Source: Myxococcales bacterium
GTDB lineage: Bacteria; Myxococcota_A; Polyangia; Polyangiales; Polyangiaceae
Length of the DNA: 64,000 bases
Assembly: GCA_016704525.1 (NCBI GenBank)
Contig: JADIZX010000009.1
Location: 42,625 to 106,624 of the forward strand
Direction of reading: 5' to 3'
Made by a program: the position numbers and the translations under genes. A model generated the notes under the pieces. The model worked only from the letters and a program-made list of their open reading frames with translations, searched no databases and was not told the DNA's origin. Shown here piece after piece: positions 27,852 through 37,466 of the stretch; positions within the stretch are counted from its first letter, which is position 1; each line of letters begins with the position of its first letter.

Positions 27852-28153
27852 CTAGTCCCCTGGAGTCGTGGTTCGTATCAGAAGTCCGGTCTTCGGTGTC
27901 ATGCCGAGGAGCGAGGGGGTGCCCCGTTTTCGGCGGCGGCGGGCCCGTCCTCAACTCGGACGTCGTTCCGCGCGGTGGAGGCGGCGCTTTGCGCTCAGGG
28001 GACAGTGGTTTCGGGTGTGACCGCGCGAGAACGCCGACCCTCGAACATGAGTATCCTCCCACCGCCGCCGAAAACGGGACACCCCCTCGCGCCCTTGTGG
28101 CGAAAGGCCGAGCCGCGCGACTTCTGGAAGGGATCACGCTTCCAGGGGACTAG
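27852..28153. repeat. ~300-bp imperfect long palindrome with nested inverted repeats, lying between proB and the protease gene
   Basis: Outer perfect inverted repeat CTAGTCCCCTGGA (27852-27864) against TCCAGGGGACTAG (28141-28153). Inner 28-bp inverted repeat GGGGGTGCCCCGTTTTCGGCGGCGGCGG (27915-27942) against its complement at 28059-28087, with one mismatch. Further partial complementarity lies between. Mirror-image peptides (PPPPKTGHPLAP) appear in ORFs on both strands. Confidence 0.55.
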
Positions 28154-28226
28154 GTCTGACCTCATTTTGGCGTCCTCTCGCCCCGCCGCGACTCGCGCGC
28201 GGCGCGCGAGCTGCTACATCCCTGAA

Positions 28227-29099
28227 GTGAGCCCGCTTCGCTCGCTTGGGCCTTCGACGGTCGCGAAGATCCTGACCGCGGGGAGCCTGCTCGCGCTCAC
28301 CGGGTGCGCGTACCCATTCTCGGCGCTCTCGCCATTCTCGCGCACGAACGCGCGCGTCCTCGAGGAGACCTCGCTCGGCGGCGTGAGCGCGGGCAACGCG
28401 CGACCCGGCGACGCCGTGGTGCGCGTGTGGATAGGACGCGGCACCTGCTCTGGCGTGCTCGTCGCGCCGCGCGTCGTGCTGACGGCGCGGCACTGCATCA
28501 CCGAGACCACCGCGAGCCGCGAGGCGACCTCGCGGCCGAAGGTGCCCGGCGCGCTCCACGTCGAGCTCGGCGGCGACTACCTCCCGTGGGGGCGCGTCGC
28601 GGTCACCGGCGTCCACGTGTGCGAAGCTTCACCGAACGAAGAGCGCGATCTCGCCGCGCTGCTCCTCGACCGGCCCGTGCCCCCCGACGTGCCGCTCTTG
28701 GCCCTCGGGAGCCCCCGCGACGACGGGCGCTACGCGGTGCTCGGGTTCGGGTCCGACGTGTGGCCCAAGACCGTGGGCGGGATCACGGCGGAGGCCAAGC
28801 GGCGGCACGTCACGCGCGGGTCCGTAAAATCCACCAGCCCCGACACGGTTACGGTGCACGCCGCGACGCTGCACGGCGACTCGGGCGGCGCGGTGGTCGA
28901 CCTCGAGACGCGCGCGCTCGTCGCCGTGGTCTCGCGCGGCGACTACGCCGAGCGGGCGATGGACAACGTGCGCTACGGCGACATCACCGTGGGCGCGCGG
29001 GTCGACCGCTGCGAGCACGCGGTGCGCGCGGCGCTGGTCGCCGCGGAGCCCGCTGGGGCCGCCAGCCGCGCGCGGCGGGTGGCGACGGTCCGCGACTGA
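28227..29099 (+). CDS. Trypsin-like (S1 family) serine protease lipoprotein
   Basis: Catalytic His in TARHC, Ser in GDSGG, lipobox LLALTGC. GTG start uncertain. Confidence 0.75.
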   Translation: MSPLRSLGPSTVAKILTAGSLLALTGCAYPFSALSPFSRTNARVLEETSLGGVSAGNARPGDAVVRVWIGRGTCSGVLVAPRVVLTARHCITETTASREATSRPKVPGALHVELGGDYLPWGRVAVTGVHVCEASPNEERDLAALLLDRPVPPDVPLLALGSPRDDGRYAVLGFGSDVWPKTVGGITAEAKRRHVTRGSVKSTSPDTVTVHAATLHGDSGGAVVDLETRALVAVVSRGDYAERAMDNVRYGDITVGARVDRCEHAVRAALVAAEPAGAASRARRVATVRD

Positions 29100-29120
29100 G
29101 CGCGGTCAGGCGCGGGCGAA

Positions 29121-30338
29121 TTAGATGTAGTGCACCTTGATCGTCTCGACGATGGTCTTCAGGGCGCGCTTGACCACGTCGGTGCTCGGATCGCGGACGA
29201 TGACGTACCCGTCGCCCTCGTAGCCGTCGCTCTTCGGGGCCCCCTCCTTCGGGAGGTCGGCCTCGACGACGAGGCGCCCCACGGCGGCGTGTGTCTCCCG
29301 CACGCCCGAGACCCCCACCACGCGCCCGCGGCCCATGCCCCGGAGGAAGGCGCAGCCGACCGCGTACTTGCGGTGCCACGGGGCGTCGAGCTCGCCGTCC
29401 ACCACGGCGCGCGCCCAGCCGCGGTACGGGTCGATGTCGTGCGCGAGGCCGGTCATGCGCGAGATGTTCGCGCCCGGCGGACGCTGCGCGATCTCGCCGA
29501 TCGCGAGGGTGCCGTCGCCGCGCTGGAACCACTCCATGTGCGTGAACCCGTCGTCGAGGCCGAGCGCCTCGACCGCGGCGAAACCGAGCGTGCGCGCGCC
29601 GTCGTACTCGGGCCCCTCGATGTCGCGCGGCAAGAGACACGACCACTGGATCCACGGATTCTCCAGGACCTCGAGGCAGCTCGGCAGGTAGTGCGAGAGC
29701 GAGTACACGCGTGGCTTGCCCCCGAGCGTGATGGTCTCGAAGCTGAACTCGCGGCCGCGCAGGAACTCCTCGGCGAGCACGGGCTGCTCGGCGGACACGC
29801 GCAGCCCCGCGAGCGCGGCGGACAGCTCCTCGTTCGAGCCCACGCGGAACGTGGCCTTGGCGCCCATACCCGCCGGCGGCTTCAGCACGATGGGGAAGCC
29901 CACGTCGGCCGCGAACGCGCGGGCGTCTGCCTCGTTCGTGGCGAGCTTGTGCCGCGCGACGGGCAGGCCGGCGGCGCGGAGCGCGTCCTTCATGCGCGCC
30001 TTGTCGCGGAAGAGGTCGGCCGTGCGAGGCGAGGTGCCGGGCACGTTGAACGCCGCGCGCGCCTCGGCGAGCTGCACCATCAGCGCCTCCAGAATGCCCA
30101 CGATGCGCGCCGGCTGACCGTGGCGACGCCGCAGCACCTCGACGGCCTCGAGCAGCTCGCGGCCCGAGAGCGGATCGGAGACCCGCACGAGGTCGTGGTA
30201 GAGGCGCGCGTCCGCGCCCTGCGGCGGCGTGTGCACGACGCCGAGCACCCGCACGTCGTGCAGGCCGGCGACGGCGCGGAGGAAGCGCATGGTGGTCTCG
30301 GCCGGGAAGGGCGCGACGAAGACGATGTTGCGAGGCAT
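29121..30338 (-). CDS. ATP-grasp domain protein (paralogue A)
   Basis: ATP-grasp architecture (GFPIVLKPPAGMGAKATF, EEFLRGREFSFE, FTHMEWF). 405 aa. Confidence 0.75.
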   Translation of the reverse strand: MPRNIVFVAPFPAETTMRFLRAVAGLHDVRVLGVVHTPPQGADARLYHDLVRVSDPLSGRELLEAVEVLRRRHGQPARIVGILEALMVQLAEARAAFNVPGTSPRTADLFRDKARMKDALRAAGLPVARHKLATNEADARAFAADVGFPIVLKPPAGMGAKATFRVGSNEELSAALAGLRVSAEQPVLAEEFLRGREFSFETITLGGKPRVYSLSHYLPSCLEVLENPWIQWSCLLPRDIEGPEYDGARTLGFAAVEALGLDDGFTHMEWFQRGDGTLAIGEIAQRPPGANISRMTGLAHDIDPYRGWARAVVDGELDAPWHRKYAVGCAFLRGMGRGRVVGVSGVRETHAAVGRLVVEADLPKEGAPKSDGYEGDGYVIVRDPSTDVVKRALKTIVETIKVHYI

Positions 30339-30526
30339 GGCGCGCAGGGTGGTCCGCCGAGGGCCGCGGCGTCAACCGCCTCCGTGCGAGGCGGCCCCGC
30401 CGTCCGCCGCGCCGGCGCTCCGGGCGCAGAGCTCGCGCGAGTCGCGGTCTCGGACACGCAGAGGTTGCGTGGCGGTCTGCCTCATCGGCCGGCCCCGCGC
30501 GACCGCGGCCGTGGTACATCCTCCGG

Positions 30527-31744
30527 ATGCGCGTCGTCTTCCTTGCGCCCCTCTATCCGCCGGAGATGCAGCAGTACACGCGCGGGCTCGCCGAGGTGGG
30601 CGCCGAGGTGTACGGCGTCGCCGACACCCCGCGCGAGGCCGTGCCGCCTTCGCTGCGTCCCTACCTGCGCGACTACCTCCAGGTGCCTCGCATCATGGAC
30701 GAGGACGACGTCATCGCGCGCGTGTCGCGGTGGCTCCGCGGGAAATCGATCGATCGCGTCGTGACCAACTGGGAGCCCCTCGTCGTCACCGCGGCGCGGC
30801 TCCGCGAACGCTGGGGAATGCCCGGCATGAGCGTCGACACCGCGCGCGGGTTCCGCGACAAGCAGCTCATGAAGGACCGTGTCCGCGCGGCGGGCCTCCG
30901 CGTGCCGCGGTCGCGGCGCGTGCGTGGGGAGCGCGAGATCCGCGCCGCCGCGGAGGAGATAGGCTATCCGCTCATCGTCAAGCCGATCGACGGCGCCGGC
31001 AGCGCCAACACCTACAAAGCGACGACCGACAAGGAGCTAGACGACCTCATCCCGCGCATGCGCGGCGTGCCCGAGTGCATCTGCGAGGAGTTCATCGAAG
31101 GCGAGGAGTTCACCTTCGACACCGTCTGCATCGAGGGGCGCCCCGCGTTCGAGAACATCGCGGCCTATCTCCCCAAGCCGCTCGAGATGCGCACGGTCGA
31201 GTGGATAAGCCCGGTCATCATCACCGTGAAAGACATGTACCAGCCGCGCCTCCGCGGGGGCGTCACGCTCGGCCGCAAGGTGCTCGGCGCGCTCGGCATG
31301 GACGACGGCTTCACGCACATGGAGTGGTACCTCACCTCGAAGGGCGAGGCGGTGTTCGGCGAAATCGGGTGTCGCCCAGGCGGCGCGTGCCTCGTCGACC
31401 AGATGAACTACACGTGCGACATCGACCTGTTTCGCGAGTGGGCGCGCGTGGTCTGCTACGGGCGCTTCGAGGCGAGCACCAAGCGCAAGTACAACGCGGG
31501 CATCGTGTTCAAGCGCGCGCTCGGCGAGGGGCGTATCACGCGCATCGAGGGGCTCGACGCGTGGCTTCGCGCGTGCGGCGACTGGGTGACCGACGAGCAG
31601 CTGCTCCGGCCCGGCACCCCCCGTCGAAACTGGAAGAACACCTTGCTGTCGGACGGGTGGGTGCATGTGCGCCATCCCGACTGGGCCGAGGCGCACCGCA
31701 TGGCCTTCGCGGCGGCCTCCGGCATTAAAATGTTCGCGGAGTAG
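30527..31744 (+). CDS. ATP-grasp domain protein (paralogue B)
   Basis: Same architecture and length as paralogue A (GYPLIVKPIDGAGSANTY, EEFIEGEEFTFD, FTHMEWY). Colinear similarity along the whole protein; divergent orientation. Confidence 0.75.
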   Translation: MRVVFLAPLYPPEMQQYTRGLAEVGAEVYGVADTPREAVPPSLRPYLRDYLQVPRIMDEDDVIARVSRWLRGKSIDRVVTNWEPLVVTAARLRERWGMPGMSVDTARGFRDKQLMKDRVRAAGLRVPRSRRVRGEREIRAAAEEIGYPLIVKPIDGAGSANTYKATTDKELDDLIPRMRGVPECICEEFIEGEEFTFDTVCIEGRPAFENIAAYLPKPLEMRTVEWISPVIITVKDMYQPRLRGGVTLGRKVLGALGMDDGFTHMEWYLTSKGEAVFGEIGCRPGGACLVDQMNYTCDIDLFREWARVVCYGRFEASTKRKYNAGIVFKRALGEGRITRIEGLDAWLRACGDWVTDEQLLRPGTPRRNWKNTLLSDGWVHVRHPDWAEAHRMAFAAASGIKMFAE

Positions 31745-31803
31745 CCGCGCTGCGCTCGGGGGGGAACGCGGGGCGGCCGGTACCGCGCTCCCCGCCGGGT
31801 CGC

Positions 31804-32745
31804 TCAGAAGTGCTCCATCCACTTCCACATGGGCACTCGGTACACGTCGCGCAGATCGTGCTTGTAGGGGCTCGTCGCCGTGTCTTCGCACCAGAGCACG
31901 GGCGCGGCGCCGGGGCAGCCGTCGTAGGCGACACAGCCCTTCGCGTCGAGCCCCCACTGCGTGACGGGCTTCGAGGCCTTGGAGCACCCGTTGATGGCGA
32001 TCCATTTGTCGCGCGCCGCGACGCCGTTCGCCACCGGCTCGTCGTCGTCCTCGCGGCGGTGATAGACGAGGGCGGACGTCTTGCCGCACCCGCTCTCCTT
32101 GTCCGCGAAGCCGCCGTCGGCGGCGACGATCGCGCGCACCGCCGATGAACGCCTGCAGCCCAGGTGGTTCGTCATGTACGCGCCGTAGCTGAAGCCGAGC
32201 GCGAACACCCGCTGCGGGTTCACGCACAGCGTGGCGCCCAGGCTCTTCTGCATAGCGTCGAAGAAGAGCAGGTCTTGCTCGCCCTCGATGTCCCAACGCC
32301 CGCCCGCGCCGTCGGGGAACACGACGATGGCGTTGCCCGCGGAGTAGTCTTGCATCTTTACGAACTGGGACATCTGCGTGCCGTTGGCGCCGATCCCGTG
32401 GAACACGAAGACCACGGGGTAGGCGCGCGATGGGTCGTACCCGGCGGGCACGTAGAGCACGTACGAGCGCTTCGCCGCGCCCACGTCGACGGTCTTCTTG
32501 TCGCCGGCGGCTGGGCTCGGCTTCGCCGCCACACCACACCCGGGCGTCGTGGTGGGTAAGCCGCTCCCGCCGTCGTCGCCGGGCGCGGTGCCCGTGCCGG
32601 TCGCGGTGGCCGTGGCGGTGGCCGTGGCGGTGGGCGCGTCGGCCCCCTGCGCGCCGCCGTCGCCGGACGCGCCAGGGTCGTCACCGCCGCAGCGTATCAG
32701 GAAGGGTGCGAGCGCCCCCAAGAGCGCGAGCCGTGCGAACCTCAT
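31804..32745 (-). CDS. Secreted alpha/beta-hydrolase esterase lipoprotein (esterase/PHB-depolymerase-like family) with (TA)n linker
   Basis: Lipobox LGALAPFLIRCGG. GFSYGA nucleophile elbow. Family resemblance to LpqC/esterase_PHB proteins. In-frame Thr-Ala repeat encoded by a GTGGCC/GTGGCG tandem repeat at ~32596-32635. Confidence 0.7.
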   Translation of the reverse strand: MRFARLALLGALAPFLIRCGGDDPGASGDGGAQGADAPTATATATATATGTGTAPGDDGGSGLPTTTPGCGVAAKPSPAAGDKKTVDVGAAKRSYVLYVPAGYDPSRAYPVVFVFHGIGANGTQMSQFVKMQDYSAGNAIVVFPDGAGGRWDIEGEQDLLFFDAMQKSLGATLCVNPQRVFALGFSYGAYMTNHLGCRRSSAVRAIVAADGGFADKESGCGKTSALVYHRREDDDEPVANGVAARDKWIAINGCSKASKPVTQWGLDAKGCVAYDGCPGAAPVLWCEDTATSPYKHDLRDVYRVPMWKWMEHF

Positions 32746-33023
32746 CCCTCGACTCTCCCAGGCTTCGGGCGGATCGTCGAGCAGAGAGAGCGCACGACCT
32801 CACGTGGAGGCGCATGACGCCATCCCCCCCGCAGCCCCCGCAGCCCGAACCCGGGGCGGCGCGCGAGCCGCGCGGGCAACATGTTAGTGCAATATACACA
32901 CAACGCGGCCCCGAAGGCGCCGCGCGCTCGCGCACGGGAAGCGTCCGAGGTCACGCGGCTACGCCTCCAGGGTGTCCCTCGCCAGCCACGCGAGGGCGGC
33001 GGCGAGGCGCGCCGATCCGACGC

Positions 33024-33278
33024 CTACTTGACGAGGCGATCGACCAACGCGACGTACGCCGTCATGGCGCTGTCCTTCGAGGTGCCCTTCTTGGCCGCCC
33101 ATGCGTCGAACTTCGCGCGCCCCTTGAAGTCCATCATGCCGGGGCGCGAGCCCGTCACGTCGCCCGCCGAGGCCTGCTTGTAGAGCGCATAGAGCTCAAG
33201 CAGTTGGTCGTTCGAGGGGGCCTGAGTGAGGGTCTTCACGCGGGCCTGGGCGTCTTGGAAGGAGGCAGCGAGATCCAT
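33024..33278 (-). CDS. Acyl-CoA-binding protein (ACBP)
   Basis: 84 aa with the ACBP signature (LYALYKQASAGD, PGMMDFKGRAKFDAW). Confidence 0.8.
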   Translation of the reverse strand: MDLAASFQDAQARVKTLTQAPSNDQLLELYALYKQASAGDVTGSRPGMMDFKGRAKFDAWAAKKGTSKDSAMTAYVALVDRLVK

Positions 33279-33361
33279 TGCGCGGGAGCCTATCAGGATC
33301 CCGCGCGGCGCGGTGGGAGCGGTGCCCGGCGCCTAAATAGGTCGCCTTTCCGACGCTGGGC

Positions 33362-34828
33362 CTACTCGCTCGGCGGCTGGATGCTGCGGTAGATGCGCTC
33401 GTAGCTCGCGACGCGTTCGGCCCACCCGAAGCGGAGCCGCATGCCGTTCTGTTGGAGCCTCCGCCAGCGCGCGCGGTCCTCACCGCGGCCGGTGCCCCAG
33501 GTGCGGAGCGCCTGGTCGACGCCGTACGCGAAGCCGGGCTCATCGAAGTGATCGAACACGAAGCCGTTGCCCTCGCCGCTGCGTCGGTCGAAGGCCGTGA
33601 CGGTGTCGGCGAGGCCGCCCGTGCGATGCACGACGGGCGGGGTGCCGTAGCGCAGGCTGTACATCTGGTTCAGACCGCAGGGCTCGTAGCGCGAGGGCAT
33701 GAGGAAGCAGTCGGAGCCGGCCTCCACTTTGTGCGCGATAGGCTCGCTGAACGCCGCGCGATAGGCCACCTGGTTCGGGAACCGGCGGGAGAGACCGCGA
33801 AAAAACTCCTCGTATTTCGGCTCACCGGTGCCGAGCACCACGAGCTGCACGGGGCGACGCGCCAGCACGCGAGGCAGCACGCCGAAGCAGAGGTCGAAGC
33901 CCTTCTGCCAGGCGAGGCGCGACACGATGCCGAACACGAGGACGTGCGCGTGGTACCTGAGCCCCGCGGAGCGCACGAGGTCGCGCTTGCACACCTCCTT
34001 GCCCTCGAGCGAGTCGATCGCGTAGCGCTGGGCGAGGTGCGGATCGGTCTCGGGGCTCCAGTCGTTCTCGTCGACGCCGTTCAGGATGCCGAACAGCACG
34101 TTTTCGCGCTCACGCAGGAAGGCGTCGAGCCCGGCGCCGTGCTCCGGTCGCTGGATCTCCTTCGCGTACGTGGGGCTCACCGTGGTGAGCGCGTTCGCGT
34201 AGAGAATGCCCGTGAGCAGGAAGTTGATGCGCCCCTCGCGGAGCTGGTCTTGGTGGAAGTGGTGGGCGGCCGCGCCGAGGCCCGTCTCCCCCAAGATGCG
34301 CGCGTCGAAGGAGCCCTGGTGGCCGATGTTGTGAATCGTGAGCACGCAGCGGGTGCGCTCGAAGAGGCGATCCCACGCGAACGCGGTCTTCAGGAGCAAC
34401 GGCAAGAGGGCCGTCTGCCAGTCGTTCGCGTGGACGATGTCGGGCGCGAACCCGAGGCGCTGGCAGAGCAGCAGCGACGCCCACGACAAGACGATGAAGC
34501 GAAGGTGCTCGTCGGCGTCTTGGGTGTAGATCGAGGGGCGGTCGTAGAGCCCCGGACAACGCACGAAGTAGACGGGCGCGCGGGTCCCCGGGAACACGCC
34601 CTCGAGGATCGACACGATCACCCGCGTGCCGCCGAGCTCGATCGAGAGCTCGCTCACGGCGGTCGTGAGGTCGGGCGCGTGCGCGTGCACTCGCGGGTAA
34701 AGCGGCATCACGACGCGTACGTCGTGACCACGCTCCGCGAGCCGCTGCGGCAGCGCGCCGGCCACGTCGCCGAGGCCCCCGGTCTTCGCGAAGGGGGCGA
34801 CCTCCGAGGCGACGAAGAGCACCCTCAC
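33362..34828 (-). CDS. glgA: Glycogen synthase (ADP-glucose type, GT5)
   Basis: N-terminal KTGGLGDV motif and GT-B fold motifs throughout. GTG start chosen at VRVLFVASE; 489 aa. Confidence 0.85.
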   Translation of the reverse strand: MRVLFVASEVAPFAKTGGLGDVAGALPQRLAERGHDVRVVMPLYPRVHAHAPDLTTAVSELSIELGGTRVIVSILEGVFPGTRAPVYFVRCPGLYDRPSIYTQDADEHLRFIVLSWASLLLCQRLGFAPDIVHANDWQTALLPLLLKTAFAWDRLFERTRCVLTIHNIGHQGSFDARILGETGLGAAAHHFHQDQLREGRINFLLTGILYANALTTVSPTYAKEIQRPEHGAGLDAFLRERENVLFGILNGVDENDWSPETDPHLAQRYAIDSLEGKEVCKRDLVRSAGLRYHAHVLVFGIVSRLAWQKGFDLCFGVLPRVLARRPVQLVVLGTGEPKYEEFFRGLSRRFPNQVAYRAAFSEPIAHKVEAGSDCFLMPSRYEPCGLNQMYSLRYGTPPVVHRTGGLADTVTAFDRRSGEGNGFVFDHFDEPGFAYGVDQALRTWGTGRGEDRARWRRLQQNGMRLRFGWAERVASYERIYRSIQPPSE

Positions 34829-35017
34829 GAGCGAGGGTCCCAGGTGGGAGCGGGGGCGCCGCGCGAGGCGGCGGGACGCGGTACGGGAGACGAAGGCGAG
34901 ACGGAGTGGGCACACGCGCGCGGGGCGCGGGCGAGAGAGGAGGCGTCGCTCATGGGCGGCCGGAGCATCGCACAGAGTCGCGCCCCCTCTCACCGAAACC
35001 CGCAGTAAGCGCGCCGA

Positions 35018-35491
35018 TCAGGGCTTCCTTTTCGGCGCGGCGGCCTTCTTCTTCGGCGCGGCCTTCTTCGGCGCGGCGGCCTTCTTCGGCGCGGCGGCCT
35101 TCTTCGGCGCGGCGGCCTTCTTCGGCGCGGCCGCCGGCGCGGCTTGCTCCCATATGCCGAGCGCCGCGCCCGAGGGATCGAGGAAGACGCCGAGCGCCCC
35201 CATGTTGGGGATGGGCTGGTACTCGACCAGGATCGTGGCGCCGCGCTTCTTCGCCTTCGCGATGGTCTTCTTCACGCTGTCGACCTGCACGTATGGCAAC
35301 CACTGCTTCGGCGCGCCGGGCGTCGGGTTCGGGCCCATACCGCCCCCAGCCCCGGGGCCGTTGCCGACGCCGAGCATGGTGTAGCCCGGCATAGGCGACG
35401 TGAACTCCCACGCGAAGAGGCCCTTGTAGAACTTCTTCGAGGCGGCGAGGTCGGAGGTGTTGAGCTCGATGTGAACGAATGCATTCGGCAT
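35018..35491 (-). CDS. VOC (glyoxalase/bleomycin-resistance fold) protein fused to a histone-H1-like AKKAAAP repeat tail
   Basis: VOC-domain start MPNAFVHIELNTSDLAASKKFYKGLF. The C-terminal about 45 aa is (A/P)KKAAA repeats encoded by a 15-bp in-frame tandem repeat at ~35030-35130. Confidence 0.65.
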   Translation of the reverse strand: MPNAFVHIELNTSDLAASKKFYKGLFAWEFTSPMPGYTMLGVGNGPGAGGGMGPNPTPGAPKQWLPYVQVDSVKKTIAKAKKRGATILVEYQPIPNMGALGVFLDPSGAALGIWEQAAPAAAPKKAAAPKKAAAPKKAAAPKKAAPKKKAAAPKRKP

Positions 35492-36185
35492 GGTGTCTCC
35501 CCTTCCAAAAATGGACCCCGAAACGTACGCAAGACCCGACCGGCCGTCCATGGTGGCCTCGCGCGGCGCGGCGCGGGAGCGCCCGGCGTGCGATGGCGGC
35601 CACCGTTCATGGACGACACCTCGCCTTGGGCTCGGGGCGTGTCTCCACGGTCTCCACGAGGTCACCGCGCGAACGCCGATCGCCGAGCTCAGCAATCACG
35701 AGCACCTTCGTGAATGACTAGCGCTACTGCGAGACTTCGCACGAAGCGCGCCAAGTCGATCCACGCGCCGATCACGCTTGGCTTACGAGGGAGAACCATT
35801 CGAGTGTTCGAAGTCCGTACACGGGATGTTCGGAAGCGGTACGTACGCGCGCTCTCCGTTCAGGGGTGTGGCGTGGAAAGACCAGCTCGTCATGCAGCGG
35901 AGCTCGCCCCTCCGGCTTGCGAGCGCGAGTCGCGCCGGATCGCTCTTGCTCGCACGGCGCCGATGTCTGGGGTCCCCGAGCGACGAGGGGGCGGACGGAA
36001 CGCGGCCATCGAGCGCGGCGCGGGAGCGCCCGGCGTGCGATGGCGGCCACCGGGCGTGTCTCCAGGAGGTCACCGCGCGCGCGAACCCCGGGCCCCAAGA
36101 CTCGACAATACCCTGTCACATCAAACACTTGCGGAGCCTCACGCGCGCGCCGTTCGCCTGGCACTCGCCGTGCTCATGGAGGCGC

Positions 36186-37397
36186 ATGCACAAACACGCC
36201 GCCCTCGCCCTCGTGCTCGTCTCCACCTTCGCGTGCTCGCTCGCGTCGCTGCCGGAAGGCGGGCCGTCCGTCGAGCCCGAGGCGACCGCGACCGAAGCGC
36301 GCGGAGAGGCCGAGGCCGACGCGGCGGCTCCAGACGTCGCGCCCGCGCCAGCGGCTGAGCTCACCGGAGCCGAGCCCGCGACGCTCCCGGTCGTGCACGC
36401 GGGCAAGCGCGCCTTCGTGGTGCTGAAGGCGAGTGGCGCGCGCGACGACGCCGGCGGGGCGCTCGCCGAGGGCCCGCCTCGGCTCGTCGAGACCGACACC
36501 GAGGGTGCGTTCGCGGCCCAGCGCGCGGTAGCGGTGGGGAGGCTCGCCCCCGCGTCGCGAGGGCTGGTCGGCCGGCGGGTGCGCCTCGTCGGTGAAGGCG
36601 GCGCCGTGTGCGAGGCTGTGCTCGGGGAGATCTCGCTGCTCGAGCGGGTCTACCCCGACGGCGAAGACTACGCGCGGTGGTCGGGCACGGCGCTGGACGA
36701 CCGCGGTCGAGCGCGCCCTCGCCTCGCCTCGGAGACGATCGCCCTCGAGCTCTGGCGCAGCACGGACGCCGATCCGTCGGCCGAGCACCCGCTCGTGGCC
36801 GCGGTGCGGGCCGTGTCGGGCGACTGCGACGGCGCGGTCGCCGCCCGCGTCGACGATGCCGCCGCGCTCTCGGCGACGGAGCGCGCGAGCGACGCGCTCG
36901 AGTCCCGCGCGCTGCGCGCCTTCCGCGCGCTGCCCGAGCACACGCGCGTGGGCGTCGACTACGAGACGCGGTGGCTCGACGAGGTGCGCGCGCTCGAAGG
37001 GGCGACGGCGCGGCCTGGCGAGCTCGCGCTCGGTGGAGAGCGCGCCGACGCCCCCACGCGGAGCGCCACCTGGGACACCCACGCCGAGGCGAGCCCGTCG
37101 GTGCGCACGATCGTGGTCGGCGGCGAGACCCTGGTGTGGGTCTCCGCGAGCGTAGGCGAGGGGTGCGGGGACTTCTCCGCGCAGCTCTCCGCGCTGTTCC
37201 GGCGCTCCGAAGACGGGGAGCTCACGGTCGTGCGGGTGTTCGACGGCTTCGCCGCCGAGCTCGGCGCGGTCGGCGCGCGCGCGGCGGGCTCGCGAAGCGC
37301 GCGCGGCTACTCGCTGTACTTCCCCGAAGCGACCGCGGAGACCGTCGACGGCGAGGTGACCTCGCTCGCGCCCCGAACGTTCGGCTGCGGCTGCTGA
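36186..37397 (+). CDS. Hypothetical lipoprotein
   Basis: Lipobox ALALVLVSTFACS. Acidic Ala/Glu-rich linker. C-terminal ...RTFGCGC. 403 aa from the internal Met. Confidence 0.6.
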   Translation: MHKHAALALVLVSTFACSLASLPEGGPSVEPEATATEARGEAEADAAAPDVAPAPAAELTGAEPATLPVVHAGKRAFVVLKASGARDDAGGALAEGPPRLVETDTEGAFAAQRAVAVGRLAPASRGLVGRRVRLVGEGGAVCEAVLGEISLLERVYPDGEDYARWSGTALDDRGRARPRLASETIALELWRSTDADPSAEHPLVAAVRAVSGDCDGAVAARVDDAAALSATERASDALESRALRAFRALPEHTRVGVDYETRWLDEVRALEGATARPGELALGGERADAPTRSATWDTHAEASPSVRTIVVGGETLVWVSASVGEGCGDFSAQLSALFRRSEDGELTVVRVFDGFAAELGAVGARAAGSRSARGYSLYFPEATAETVDGEVTSLAPRTFGCGC

Positions 37398-37406
37398 GCG
37401 CGACAG

Positions 37407-37444
37407 ACAAAAAAAAGAAGAGCCCGCGATCGCTCGCGGGCTCA
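37407..37444 (-). terminator. Rho-independent terminator for the small lipoprotein gene (A-run on the + strand makes it partly bidirectional)
   Basis: Perfect hairpin AGCCCGCGA-TCGC-TCGCGGGCT followed on the minus strand by TTCTTTTTTTT. Sits between the convergent stops at 37397 and 37467. Confidence 0.65.
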
Positions 37445-37466
37445 ACCTGCCGTACGGCGCAGCGGC

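Noticed and set aside
37398-37466. Small RNA gene in the A-rich gap
   Set aside because: The 69-bp gap is fully explained by a hairpin plus T-run terminator between the convergent stops.
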